Source: Phoronis australis (taxonomy: Eukaryota; Animalia; Phoronida). From it: DNA of 64,000 nt. The notes under the pieces were generated by a model. It ran no database searches, was not told where the DNA came from, and saw nothing but the letters and a program-made list of their open reading frames with translations. The stretch lies in assembly GCA_002633005.1 (NCBI GenBank), contig NMRA01000003.1, positions 2,723,117 through 2,787,116 on the forward strand, in the 5' to 3' direction. This document shows, piece by piece, positions 11,796 through 23,600 of this stretch. A program made the translations under genes and the position numbers. Positions within the stretch are counted from its first letter, which is position 1, and each line of letters starts with the position of its first letter.

Positions 11796-14700
11796 CTGAA
11801 AAAGAACCATGCAATTGTATGTCATGCTATGCCATTTGTAAGGACATTCAATAAAAACAATTTTCGCACACAATTATCCAACCACTACAAACAATTCATG
11901 AGTGACAATCACAGTAACTTCTGTATTACTAAAAATAGAAAGGTATGTAATAACGTTGGCACACCACTACGAAAACAAACAGAACAAGAGTGACACAAAG
12001 CACTGTGTGTTGGTGGTTTGACAACAGGTTATTGTGAATCATCTAGTCACGGTTGTATGCAGGACTTCTCCTCTATCATGAAGAGCCAAAGGACTATCTA
12101 TCCATAAGAGCGTTTTTCAGGAGTTTCAAATCAGGTGTTTTGTGCAATAGGCCTGACCTATGTGGTTTGCGCATGTCCGATGCAATTTAGCCATTAGATC
12201 ACCTGTAATCTGTTTTCCAACGCAAAGCATTGATCACAAACAAAAGTCTGGTCTGCACACCATCTATTGGCTACATCACGTGACCTAATGAACACAAGTC
12301 CGAAAAGATTTCCGCCCCCAGGACCCTCTGCTATCCGGATGAGGGCAGAAATTTTTCTGGACTTGTGTTTATTAGGTCAAATGGTGTGGCCAATAGGTGG
12401 CGTGCAGACCAGACTTAAAATGGTTGTGATCTATATTTACACATTGGTTTAAGATTTACGTAATTATACATTGATAAGCTTAATTAGGTCACGTGGTGTG
12501 GCCAACGGGTGGCGTACAGACTAGACGTAAAATGTTTGTGATCTATATTATTTTCCACACTGGTTTAACATTTCAATATATATTTACAAAGCATTGATGT
12601 GTTTTCACAATGGCGAACGGCTACAAACGAAGCTACATTGGAACCAGAATTTCAAACATTGCCAAAATTCATTAGTGTCTTCACATTCTTGATACAAACA
12701 TTATTAAAAAGACATTTCAGATACCAAAAAAATTCAAATGCATTGAAAAGCATAGCTGTTAAATCCTACTTACCATTCGCAGGAGAATTTGTTATCAGCA
12801 AAGTTCACAAACATTGCTTTCATAAAGAGATCCATCTCTTTTGTGTCTCACTGAAACAAAATCTTGGTCATGAAGGGTTCCCTAATCTCATTGTCCAAAG
12901 TGAGCACTCACCTGTTGCTCTGAAGTAGGTTTGCCCAGTTTCTTCTGATGATCGTCGTACATGAGTTGCTGAATTTTGGCCTGAGACTCCTCGTCAAGGT
13001 CAGTTATCGGACGCTCAGGGTGTATTTTCTGCACACTTATTTTTGGCTCACTCTCTAACACACCTTCCCACCACCGTTCCTGCACCTTTTCAAGGTTGAT
13101 CTGCAACAAAATGTCAGTTCTGTAAAAAATATTCGTTATTACATTAGAAGTAATAAAAATTGACAGAAATTGTGTTGTGTGTACTCAGCTTGCCGTAATA
13201 CTTGGTGATTATGGGATTCTGTGCTGGAGGTCGACAATGTGACTTCAGATTGTGTTTAGAGACATGGGGAAAAATACCATGTCACCACGAAGTCATCACA
13301 GAGAGAAACAATTTCAGTCAGACAATAATTTCCCCAAAATTCGTTTCAAAGTTTGTTCCATTTATTTCATGAAATTAGTGCATTCACTTCGTGAAAGTAT
13401 GTCAAGGAACTCTGAAGATACAGCAGCAAACGCAAACAGCTTATAATTGCCACTAGGTGGCACAGCGGTAGTAAAAAATCATTTTTGCTGTCCCTCTCAT
13501 GATGGGAATATGTCTGCAAATATTCAAAAACATCTTTTACGGACTTTGTAGATACACCAATGGATGCCAACCGGCTGGCTGGACAGCCACATGGGCATGA
13601 CTGCATACTGCACTTATTCTGCATATAGAGTATGTAAAGTGTATTGCCTTCAAAATGCCACTCCTGCCATAGTTAAATTTCCATACAATAAGGAAGCACC
13701 TGTCTCACCTGAATACTTTCACCTGGCACTAAACTCCACATAGATTCCTCAGGATTTACTTCCCATGTCAAGTTATCGTCTAACCAATTTACCCACTGGC
13801 CTGTGTCATTATTGTAATTCACTTTCAGATGTTTTCGCTTAATTTCCACTTTGACATCCTTCCCCTTTTTTAAATACTTTGGTATCTGAAACAAAATCTG
13901 ATGTTAAGACAACCAAAGCTACACAAAAAGCATACGTTTTGCATTTTGTCAGATAACAACAGAGTTTGCTAAATGATACCAATTTCTCTTCCCGTGATTC
14001 ATTGGAGACAACGGTGTGCAGAGCTTTGGTGATGCCCGGTGTGTCTTTTTTATTGGATACTGCATGGACCCTAATATTAAATAAAAAAGATGAAACTTTA
14101 TTCAATTTAACTACAGATCAGTCACAATTTCAGAAAGATTATTCACAGTGATTGAGTTGCCCCATCACCCCCCCCCCTGGCCTTCTGCAAGCTACACGAA
14201 CTGGAGAGTACTCCAGGTACAAGAAGGTGAGTTAAACCAAGTGAGCTAAGCAACCCAAGTGTGAACCAACCACTCTTAGTGACAGATGAAAGTCTTTACA
14301 GTATTGAGCATAGAAACATGTACGCACTGGAGTTTGTCAACACAAAAATACATTCTCCAAACAAAAGTACGAGTTAATATTTGCGGGGTCTAACCTGCAC
14401 TTTAATATCCACGTCGGAGATAGACTGAGACCAGCAGTACTTGTCCCTGATAGCACCATTATAACTGTCTGGATTGGACTGGAACACTTTCTGTTGCCTT
14501 CAGTAGTAATACAAATTGAATTAGGAGACTCTTTTTATTCTGAAATCGTAAACTGCATGCTTCTTCTACTACAACAAGTGAATTGTAAAGCCAAATCCAA
14601 AACAAACTGTGATTGCTTCTAGACAGGTAACAGAAACCATGTATCCCAAATGATTCTTCAATTATTTCCCACAAAAAAATAAAATAAACTATTAAAATTA

Positions 14701-17350
14701 TCCTGTTCAATTGTTCAGTTGGACTACAACACTGTAAACAGAAATCAACTGACAAGTGTTCCTTAATGACAGCTACCCAAACTGGCTTAATATGGACATA
14801 AAATCATCTGTGAATAATTTCTAGATCAACTGCATAAAACAATGAATCGTGACCTTCCCGAGACATTGACCATATTAATCGGTGGAAACTAAAAACTCAA
14901 ACTGCACAAAAACTTCAGGGATGTATAAGGTTTGTTTTATTGGATTTCAAACAACACAAAATTAGACCAAGTTATAGAATTCTTATAACTGGATCCATAA
15001 TTACCTAGTCAGTTCATCTTCATCAACATCACTACATTCTTTGGGTGGCCTTGATGACTCAACAGCTAAGCTCTGTTGACCTGTGGCTTCTTCTGGTATC
15101 TGCAGTTTGCTGGCTCCTTCAGGAGTGGCACTGCTCGTTACGTTGGACTCCGATTTATTGTCTGTCGTGCCTGCCAATGGGACCGTGTCTACAGCTTCCT
15201 CTGAACAGTATATTATTAGAAAAACGCTTGAAATCAGAACCAAACTTTAACATAGTATGCTTATCAATATAAATCAATATGTTCTGCCTTAATGACATCA
15301 TCATAACTGACACAGATGTGTATTTTCACTTCTTGTAGTAATGGTAAATGTATGCCATAGATATCTGAGACCCATTTTATCAAGGGACATTTGCTAAGAC
15401 GTGGCTAACATGGTTCTGAATACAGTGCTGCGTTTTTACAAGCACAGTACATTAAACATGAGCTGATTGTGAGCCAGTAAAAATTGCATAGAAGTGAGAC
15501 TAAGCTAGGACCATTGATATATTCATCCCAGCAATGTGAATTGGCATCAGCTGTTACATGCAAACCAACAGTACAATACACAGGACTCAAAAAAATCTGA
15601 AAAATCTTATACGAAACTGAGATCTTATCAATATTTTATACACTGATCTCCAAAACCTGTTCACAAACTGTTTTTAAAATGTTCCACTTTTGCATGAGGG
15701 GCTATGATTTTCATAAAATTCAAAAGTTGCATAAAACAAAAACAAAATAATTTAGAAAACTGTAACAGTATTTTAGAGGTTTCATGAGCACATATATCGA
15801 ATGAAGTTTGGTCATGTTATTATTGCCATTGTTTTGCTATCAATGCACTAAAAAGCCATGGTCTCATGACCCAATTAACGGCACATTTAGTAAAAAGTCA
15901 AAGATCAAATTCTACAGGCTTTCTATTTACTGTTCGAGTTAAAGTCTATAGTTTGGCTAAAGACACAAAGTAGTCAATGAGGTGCTCCATAACCTTACGT
16001 GATCACAATTAAATTGTTTTCAAAATAAAAATTTGACTTTTTACTTTTCTTTGCTGCTGTAGCTTCCTTTTTACGGACAGTTTCTTCAGCTCTCTTGTCA
16101 TCTTCACGTGCCTTCAGCTCAAACTCTTTAAAAGCCTACAAGAAATACTAAGTCCTACATTTATTGCACAGAACTTACATTTTTACATACGACTGGCATT
16201 GCTATAGCTATGTACTTTATTATTCACAATACAACAATGTGTTATAGTATAAGTACATAAACTTATAAACAAATGTTCATGTGTCAGTAGTCTGGAATAC
16301 GTACTATATATTAACAAAATAACTGACTATTCATACCCCATAGGTCATTTGTTCAGCAACTTTAGGTGGAAATCCCAGTTTTCCATCTTTTGACAGGTAC
16401 CTGTAGAAGTCCGTCCTGTAAGAAAAATCCATTCACTTATCACACTGAGGAGCTATTAATCATTCAAGGTAAGTAATAAGTATAACTGGCAACAACAGAA
16501 TAAAAGTTTGCTTTAGATTAAGTCAAAATGCAGAGCACCTCTTGATAACTACAACAGCTAACCTTTCATTCAACTACAAATTAGAACGAAAGCAACTCAC
16601 AATTTCACCAAAAGACACGTTGCCCACTGTTCATAGGGACAATAGGTGCTCATCTCCCATCGTGGGACAAAAATTGTCCTCCCTTGTATAACAGGACTTT
16701 AGAAGTGTGTCCTCCACTTACAGGGACATACGGTCTCACACCAGAAATGATTCCAGTTGTTGGCTAGCCTGTGAGACTAACTTTGGAGAAAACTGTTCAG
16801 CAAATCATGTATCCCACTGCACTAAACCACCAAATAAGTCACGTCCTATATGTAGTATTTTTTGAATATTAGAGGGACGCCTAATGTCCATGCAATCGAG
16901 ATTTGTTTCCGATCAACATGTACATCACGCATACGGAGCGAGACAATGAACCTTGATAGACTACTACTAGCACAAGCACAGTACGCCTACTACTGTGTCA
17001 TGGCACAGTATAGGCCCACTCCCTTCTTAACTTAAATGGTGTATACCAGGCAGAACAGGTATTAGATGTTCTAATAGATCACAATTGGCAACCATGGTTG
17101 GTAGTGCAGGACTGGTGTTCCACTACCCATAGCACTCTCATCAGCCGCTAGCCAGCCAGTTAGCTGTATGAAGACTATCGATAAGTAAAGAAGAGAGTGG
17201 GCCTATACTGTGCCATGACACGTTGCATGTACAACAGCTTCACCTCCGGTAAAGGAATCCAAAGACAGCATGGAGAAACCCCTTGATGTTTCCTTCATTT
17301 TGTAAAATACCTAGAAAGGCAGTGTCGTACTTCTCAGCAGCATTCGTCAT
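11679..17350 (-). CDS. NUDCD3: NudC domain-containing protein 3, complete gene, 8 coding exons, about 352 aa
   Basis: Exons (minus): 17244-17350, 16337-16415, 16045-16135, 15005-15200, 14395-14497, 13709-13885, 12912-13100, 11679-11795. All junctions GT-AG and phase-consistent, 1059 nt. Translation has the NudC N-terminal motif (YDTAFLGILQNEGNIKGFLHAVFGFLYRRTDFY), a CS/p23 domain (NPDSYNGAIRDKYCWSQS...ESMWSLVPG...INLEKVQERWW) and the NUDCD3-type C-terminus (MLKQAWDAEGSPFKGQPFDPS). Confidence 0.95.
12225..12570. repeat. Foldback element with a duplicated right arm
   Basis: AGTCTGGTCTGCACACCATCTATTGGCTACATCACGTGACCTAAT is inverted relative to two direct copies starting at about 12371 and 12483. 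Confidence 0.65.
12912..13100 (-). CDS. NUDCD3: NUDCD3 exon 7
   Basis: ttgcag| INLEKVQERWWEGVLESEPKI...YDDHQKKLGKPTSEQQ |gtgagt. Confidence 0.93.
13330..13610 (-). mobile_element. Degenerate HINE remnant in NUDCD3 intron 6
   Basis: TTTCATGAAA, TCAAGGAACT, AATTGCCACTAGGTGGCACAGCGGTAG at 13445-13471. Confidence 0.45.
13709..13885 (-). CDS. NUDCD3: NUDCD3 exon 6 (CS domain)
   Basis: tttcag| IPKYLKKGKDVKVEIKRKHLKV...ESMWSLVPGESIQ |gtgaga. Confidence 0.92.
14395..14497 (-). CDS. NUDCD3: NUDCD3 exon 5
   Basis: aag| QQKVFQSNPDSYNGAIRDKYCWSQSISDVDIKVQ |gttaga. Confidence 0.88.
15005..15200 (-). CDS. NUDCD3: NUDCD3 exon 4 (low-complexity linker)
   Basis: ttcag| EAVDTVPLAG...DVDEDELT |gtaa, phase 1 to 2, fits both neighbouring exons. 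Confidence 0.8.
16045..16135 (-). CDS. NUDCD3: NUDCD3 exon 3
   Basis: ttgtag| AFKEFELKAREDDKRAEETVRKKEATAAKK |gtaaaa, phase 0 to 1. Confidence 0.8.
16337..16415 (-). CDS. NUDCD3: NUDCD3 exon 2
   Basis: ttacag| (R)TDFYRYLSKDGKLGFPPKVAEQMTYG |gtatga. Confidence 0.9.
16995..17221. mobile_element. MITE-like element with ~33-bp TIRs in NUDCD3 intron 1
   Basis: GTGTCATGGCACAGTATAGGCCCACTC ... GAGTGGGCCTATACTGTGCCATGACAC, a perfect 27-bp inverted match. Confidence 0.75.
17244..17350 (-). CDS. NUDCD3: NUDCD3 exon 1
   Basis: ATG at 17350, MTNAAEKYDTAFLGILQNEGNIKGFLHAVFGFLYR, donor AG|GTGAAG. Confidence 0.9.
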
Positions 17351-17558
17351 TTTGCGGTCTGCTTTAATCACAGGCAAACTGAAAAGTCTTAATATTCGTA
17401 TTAAAAAAAAAATATGTCCGAAAAATAAGATAATTCATGCATTATGAAATTACATTTATTCACAAGAAATTGTGAAAACTAACCACTTATTTAAGAAATA
17501 TGGTTATCTTTGAAGTCTACTACAAAACTTTAGCCTTTGGTATGCCTGTGATTTCAAT
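17351..17558. promoter_or_regulatory. Bidirectional promoter region shared by NUDCD3 and PGAP1
   Basis: Only 208 bp separate the divergent start codons at 17350 (-) and 17559 (+); the spacer is AT-rich. Confidence 0.75.
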
Positions 17559-17693
17559 ATGGCGGCGCCCGCAAAAGTTGTGTTTTTCACGGTAGTTTTG
17601 TCAATCGTTGTCATTTCCGTATACGACGTGTTGACTAACTTCGAAGAAAACAATTGTCAGATGACCTGGATGTATGAATATCCTTCTTATATA
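17559..17693 (+). CDS. PGAP1: PGAP1 exon 1
   Basis: MAAPAKVVFF...FEENNCQMTWMYEYPSYI |gtaagt. Confidence 0.92.
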
Positions 17694-20600
17694 GTAAGTG
17701 TTATCGGCAATGACCAATTATTGAAAGTAGTAACGCGCGGCTCAAGCTGTTTACCCTGGGCGGTGCCGGTGTGGGTGTTCGGTTGTCGTCTGTTCCGCCG
17801 GCGCCGGGTCAATTTTGGGAGTAAACAGGGTCCACCGTCTCTGACTGGCTCCAATAGAGACAGAATCCGGAAGTGCATTATGTCTCACACTGCTTGAAAC
17901 ATCAAAGTCACGTTGTTATTAGTACCTTTCCCATTTTGCGCATAGAGATTAGAGCCGAGGGACACTATTAAAAACTACTCTTTAGAAGGCCGTTGTTGCC
18001 GTTATTTCCTTCTAACTCGAACAAACACTCCTATAATCAAACTTAGTAATGCATGCAGTGTTAAAAATGGGCAACTGAACGAAGGAGTGCTCGAATAAAA
18101 AGTTTGATTACGGGTGTCAGTATTTGTTTGAGTTGGAAGGAATTAAATACATCGACGGCCTCCTAAGGTGTCCTGCTGGCTCTACTCTATGGCTGTGCAA
18201 AAGGTACTTATAACAATGGAACTTTTAATCAGTGTGAGGCATAATTCACCGAAAAGCTTTTGGTGCGTAAAGCTCCTGTACTAGGCAACACGTAGCATCT
18301 CGGTTGGCTGGATGGGGCTATAGGCTTATACTTCCAATCACTTTCTGTACTAATTTCGTCATGTGCACTTAAACAAGGGGCAGGCAAAATTCGCTCACCG
18401 TCTAAGAGGTTTTCACATTGTCAAAAATACATTTTACTATTAAAGTTATCACTTAAAAAGCACTTACTTTCTTCAACAATCCTATCTTCTTCCATACATA
18501 TCTTCAATGAAGCATGTACGGGAATTAAGATGACTTTGGCGAAGAATTCCAACCCCACTTTTTTAGTTGCCTTAAACTTTTTCACTGCACGCGGTAACCA
18601 TAATGTATTTCTACTGACATCGTGTGAGTTAGGCAAGGATTAGCGTGAGACTGGGTGAAGCGCGTGACGTGGCACGTGACACTTGCAAAATAGCATGGGA
18701 ATACATCAGGTGGTCTTTGTAAAATTTGTGTCCCTTGGACTTTTTGTTCGTCAGCTGGCCAGATTTCACGTAATTTCCTCAAAAGGGCACCCGATGAGGG
18801 AAGCTTGAGCAAACCGAAACAGATTTTCATGGATATTTTCAAGTTATGTTGACTAAATTGTATCTGAGTCGTGGTATGTGCTAATTATAACTCCATGTGC
18901 ATACATGCATGTTTCATTCGATTTTATTTGCTTTATTTTGAGATGAGTAACTTTTTATTGGGATGTACTATCGCTACTGTATGGCCTGTTCCTATACGAG
19001 GTTCATTTGTCAGAAGCTCCTGTAGGAGCTTCACCGTCTCTACTGGGGCTAGCTAGAGACAGTAGTCACGGTTTATTTTGGGAGTAGACAGTACCACCGT
19101 CTCAAACAGTGTCAACTGGCCCCAGTAGAGATGTGGGACATCCTATAGGTCCTTCATACACCTGAAGCTTTTTTGCGAAGTATGCTTCGCACTGCTTAAA
19201 CTATCAAAGCTATATTGCTTTAGTATAGGGAGACTTAAGGAGGCAGTTGATGTCTTTAACTCTTTCCAGCTCAAACAAATACTCCTACAATCAAACTTTT
19301 TTCAAACAGTCCTTTCAGTTGCTGAAATCAGCAACTGGCCATTTTTACATTGCTTGTGCTAGGAGACATGATGTCATATCTTACCTAGTAAAAAATGAAA
19401 GCTTAAAGAGTTTACAAAGTACACTTAAAAATGAAACAGTTAATGAAAACCAGAGACGAATTGCCAACTAACTTAACTACAACTTGTCTGAAGATCTCAA
19501 AAATACAAAGAACTTGTAAATTCTCATTCTTGCTCTGTACATCTTCACGTTGAAAAACCTTAGAGTATAGTATGATATCAAAGCTCTGCCACACTTACAA
19601 GGCATAGCTATTCAAGTGTAGGTCACATGCAAACGCATATGCAAATAGACTATAGAGCTGAATGCAAAGCACTGTGAACCCCGGTGACGCTCTGAACCAA
19701 TGCAGGAACAGCAGTAAATGAGAACAGTCTTCTAAACAGCGTGTTGAATTATAAACCCTCTTTCTTTTACTTTCCAGCCAGCCAAATTAAAGCAGTCTGT
19801 GCAACAGAGATTTCCACGTTATGGATTGTATCTGTACGGCGAGGGGTATGGACAGTCATATTGTCATTAAGCTGTTACGCTTACCTGCACTCTATATGTA
19901 ACTTTCATTGTTACCACTAATTGGGTTAAAATTTAGTGATTCCATAGCTTTTTAAAAACTAAGAATTTACTATTGCTTGAACAGGACTTGGAATTTTTTC
20001 TTTTAAGAGATTTTCTTCTTTTTTGGTTTCAATTTCCTCTATTTGATTTCGAGTTTCCTCTTTTTTCGTCTCTTTTTCATCATTATTTTGACTTTATTCA
20101 TGCAAAAACGTTTATTTCAGTTAAATTTTACAACACAAAAATATTTCCATCACATAAGCCTATTTATTTGTGGAGCGATACATCACCTGGAAAAAATTCC
20201 TCTTTTTTGTCATTGGTCATTCCAAGCCCTGTTTGATAAGGCTTGTCGTTAAAAACAACTTGTAAGCCATCACGATCTGATCCCACGTCTAGAGATAATT
20301 TCTGTGTAAGAAATGATGTATGACCTATGTTAAAACATTTGTTGATCTAAATCAGAGTTTTTACAAAATATTGGTTCGTTATAGTTCATCAAACAATAGG
20401 AGATAAAGAATTAAGAGACCTACTTGTACATTCATGCATGGACATTTTTGTGTGAATTCTTTGATTATCCCACCAAACAACAACAATAGTCAGCAATTTG
20501 ACAGCATGATGGCCGTAGAGAATTGACAAAAAGCAATGGGAAGTCATTTGGCACTGTCGTGCATTAAACTACCCTACAAGAGTTCTGGATTCTGTCCACT

Positions 20601-23600
20601 CCCTACTCTACTGCCATCCAGTGACATGTCATACTTCATTTTGAGGCAACTATATCAAAAAATGACTATTCATTAAATGAATCTTTATGAAAAACCATGT
20701 TACGTCCTGCAGTTGTAGTATGCTTTTAAAATTTCTTAATATTTTTTCAGGGCTTATGCAGAAAGAATTAGGTGAGTATTGCCAAAATCACTGTATTTTA
20801 TTCTTTGTACTACGATTCAAGTGCATGTTGAATCATATGTTTTCATTCTATGTTATTGCTTTCGTGAAGTTGCATTTATCTATTATGAAGATCTCTTAAA
20901 TATGACCAAATATTAATAAAATGCACGGGTTTTATCCATTTTTATGCGCCCGCATACTTATATGGGGGCGCATTATGTGTCATGGTAGCAAAGTCTGACA
21001 AACATTCATCGAAAAATGTTCTAACCTATTTAATCTGTGGCGAATTGAGAATTATCTTAATCAAAGGTATGAAGTAACATACTGCATGTTAGAAGCCAGC
21101 TAGCTGTATGAAGACTATCATCAAAATACAGCTATGTACCACTGTGTGTTGAGCTCCAATAGACCCTGAACTTTTGCACTGCCTGAGTAGTGGTGCTCAA
21201 CAACTCGTCGTAGAACTTATATCAACATGTAGAGCTAACGACTGACTCACCTTGCGCGTTACAGCCGTCTCAGGAGATGATGACAGCTTTACAGCAGCAA
21301 CATTTGTTCTGAAATTCAGTTTGCCGGCATTGAGCTACTAAAAACTTGTAATGAAGTGAAACCAGTTCCAGTAATTTGTTGTGATATGTATGCAACCTCG
21401 TGGAAGAACAATTGATTGAAGAATCAACGAAAAAGAAACTGGCCAATTGGTGGCACAATCTTTCATGGCACTGAAGGCCGACCCTGAATATCGCTCCGCA
21501 ACTTGGCATGACAGTGACAGTAAAACGAACGCCAATTTTTGCATCACTGATAAATAATTTAGTTTAATCAAGGAAGAGAGTAATTTTTAAGGACAATAAT
21601 TTTGTGTCAATTTTTATTTGGCCAGTTTTTTACCCACATCAGTGCAAACTAACTGCATAATATATGATAGTCTAAAAATCTGAAAATCAAGAAATGTGAC
21701 AAACCTTACATATTCAAAACAATTATTTCAGCAACTTCCATCTCTCAGGAATACCTGTCTTGTTCATACCTGGAAATGCTGGCAGTTATAAGCAAGGTAA
21801 GTCTACAAGTCTACCCTTGTCAGGCTGTAGCATTTAACATAGTCTCTCCCTTGCTACATGTCGACATTTCACTCTTTGAGAGCCCTGGCTGCTCATCACT
21901 TTATGGTCTTTACATAAACAGTTCAGGAACTTAGGTTTTCATAACAACATATTTTCAGTCCATATTTCTTTTCAAAAGATCTTTCGTTACTTTTAACGTC
22001 TTTAAGTATTTTTTTCACGATTGATCTCATAGTCTGCTTTGAAGTCAGAAAGCAACTTGAATGGCTGTACTTTCTTTTACATCAATTTGTGTATTATTTC
22101 CTTTGTGTAGTGAGGTCTCTTGGCTCTGTTGCTCTGAGGAAAGCTGAAACATTCAGACAAGGCCTCCACTTTAACTATTTTGCTGTGGACTTAAATGAGG
22201 TAACTCATCCTTTTAGTAAGATAGGTCAAGAGGTCATGTAGAACATGGTTTTCTATTGGCTACCCTTTAGGTCAAGAGGTCATGTTGAACATGGTTGCTT
22301 ATTGGCTACACATATAAATATTGTCATGAACCATGCAATTTACCTTTGTTTGATACTGGGATTATTGGTTATTTTTGTTTTAAAATGGGTTGGTAATGAG
22401 TTTAGTCATTTTCAACTTGACAAATATAGCCTCACAATGTCAGCATTGGTGGAACATGTTCATGTGTGCACTCATATACTCAACTGTCATTTTACAGGAA
22501 CTGTCAGGTTTGTTTGGTGGAGTCCTGCAGGAACAAACAGGTACAGTGGTCATTGTTTGATGATGTCATGGAGTATGGCACAATGTATGTGTTGGATAAC
22601 TTTTGTAATATAATGAAGACTTGACCCATAGTGTAGATGACACCTACTGTCACCTGGGTGATGGTTTTTGCCTACTGCGTGGAATGGGCTTGTCCGAGGT
22701 TGGCCTAGATACTGTGTCAGAAATTCATTTTTTTTTTCATCGACATGAAGCAGGCAGTAAGAGCTCTGTCGGATGCATGCGACTGTCATGTGATGTTCTT
22801 CTGGAGTTTCAGTCTATGTTTTGTCAAATCCTTGTTCTAGAATTTGTCCACGAATGTGTCAAACACATTTTGACGCTTTACAAGAAAGTCAGAAGCCCTC
22901 CCTCTAGTGTCGTCATTGTCGGTCATTCTATGGTGAGTCACATCATCTTCATTAGTAAATACAGAACTTGTCAGTTATCTTATTTCAAGGATAAAATAGT
23001 GTCTCAAGCCAACGTAAGCATTAAGTCAATGTACAAGTTAAATTGTTAATTGATCATTACTCAAATCTTCTTTCAGATGTGCCAGCAAACTTCAATCTAT
23101 ATTAAGTTTGACATTTTGAGCACAAGACTAGCTGTGGCTCACATCTGCACTTGATTCTACTTTAATTTGTTTTCTCAGGGGGGTGTGATTGCCCGAGGCC
23201 TGTTCACGCTGGCTGACTTTGACCCCCAGCTGGTTCACACCATCATCACTCAGGCCACACCTCACCAATCACCAGGTAGGTCAGGGGTCAAGTCTGTAGT
23301 ATTTATTCATTACTAACATGCAGACAGTGGAAATGAATGTTTTCATGATTCTGTGATTCTGGTAATGTTTGTCTCAACAATTGACCTTTCGCAAGCTCCG
23401 CCCCCTTGCGAAATGTCGACAAACAAACAATAGGTTTTACCTGGCAACGTGTAAAATGGCGGCTTGGAAACCAAGATGTGTCAAGAATGCTGCGTTCTGA
23501 TTGGTCACTTAAGCCGTCACTCAAAGTCCTGGCGATCGGTCAATTTTGGTAGCTTTTGTAACTTGAGCCCAGCTGGAGGTTCCACATTTAATTCATTCAT

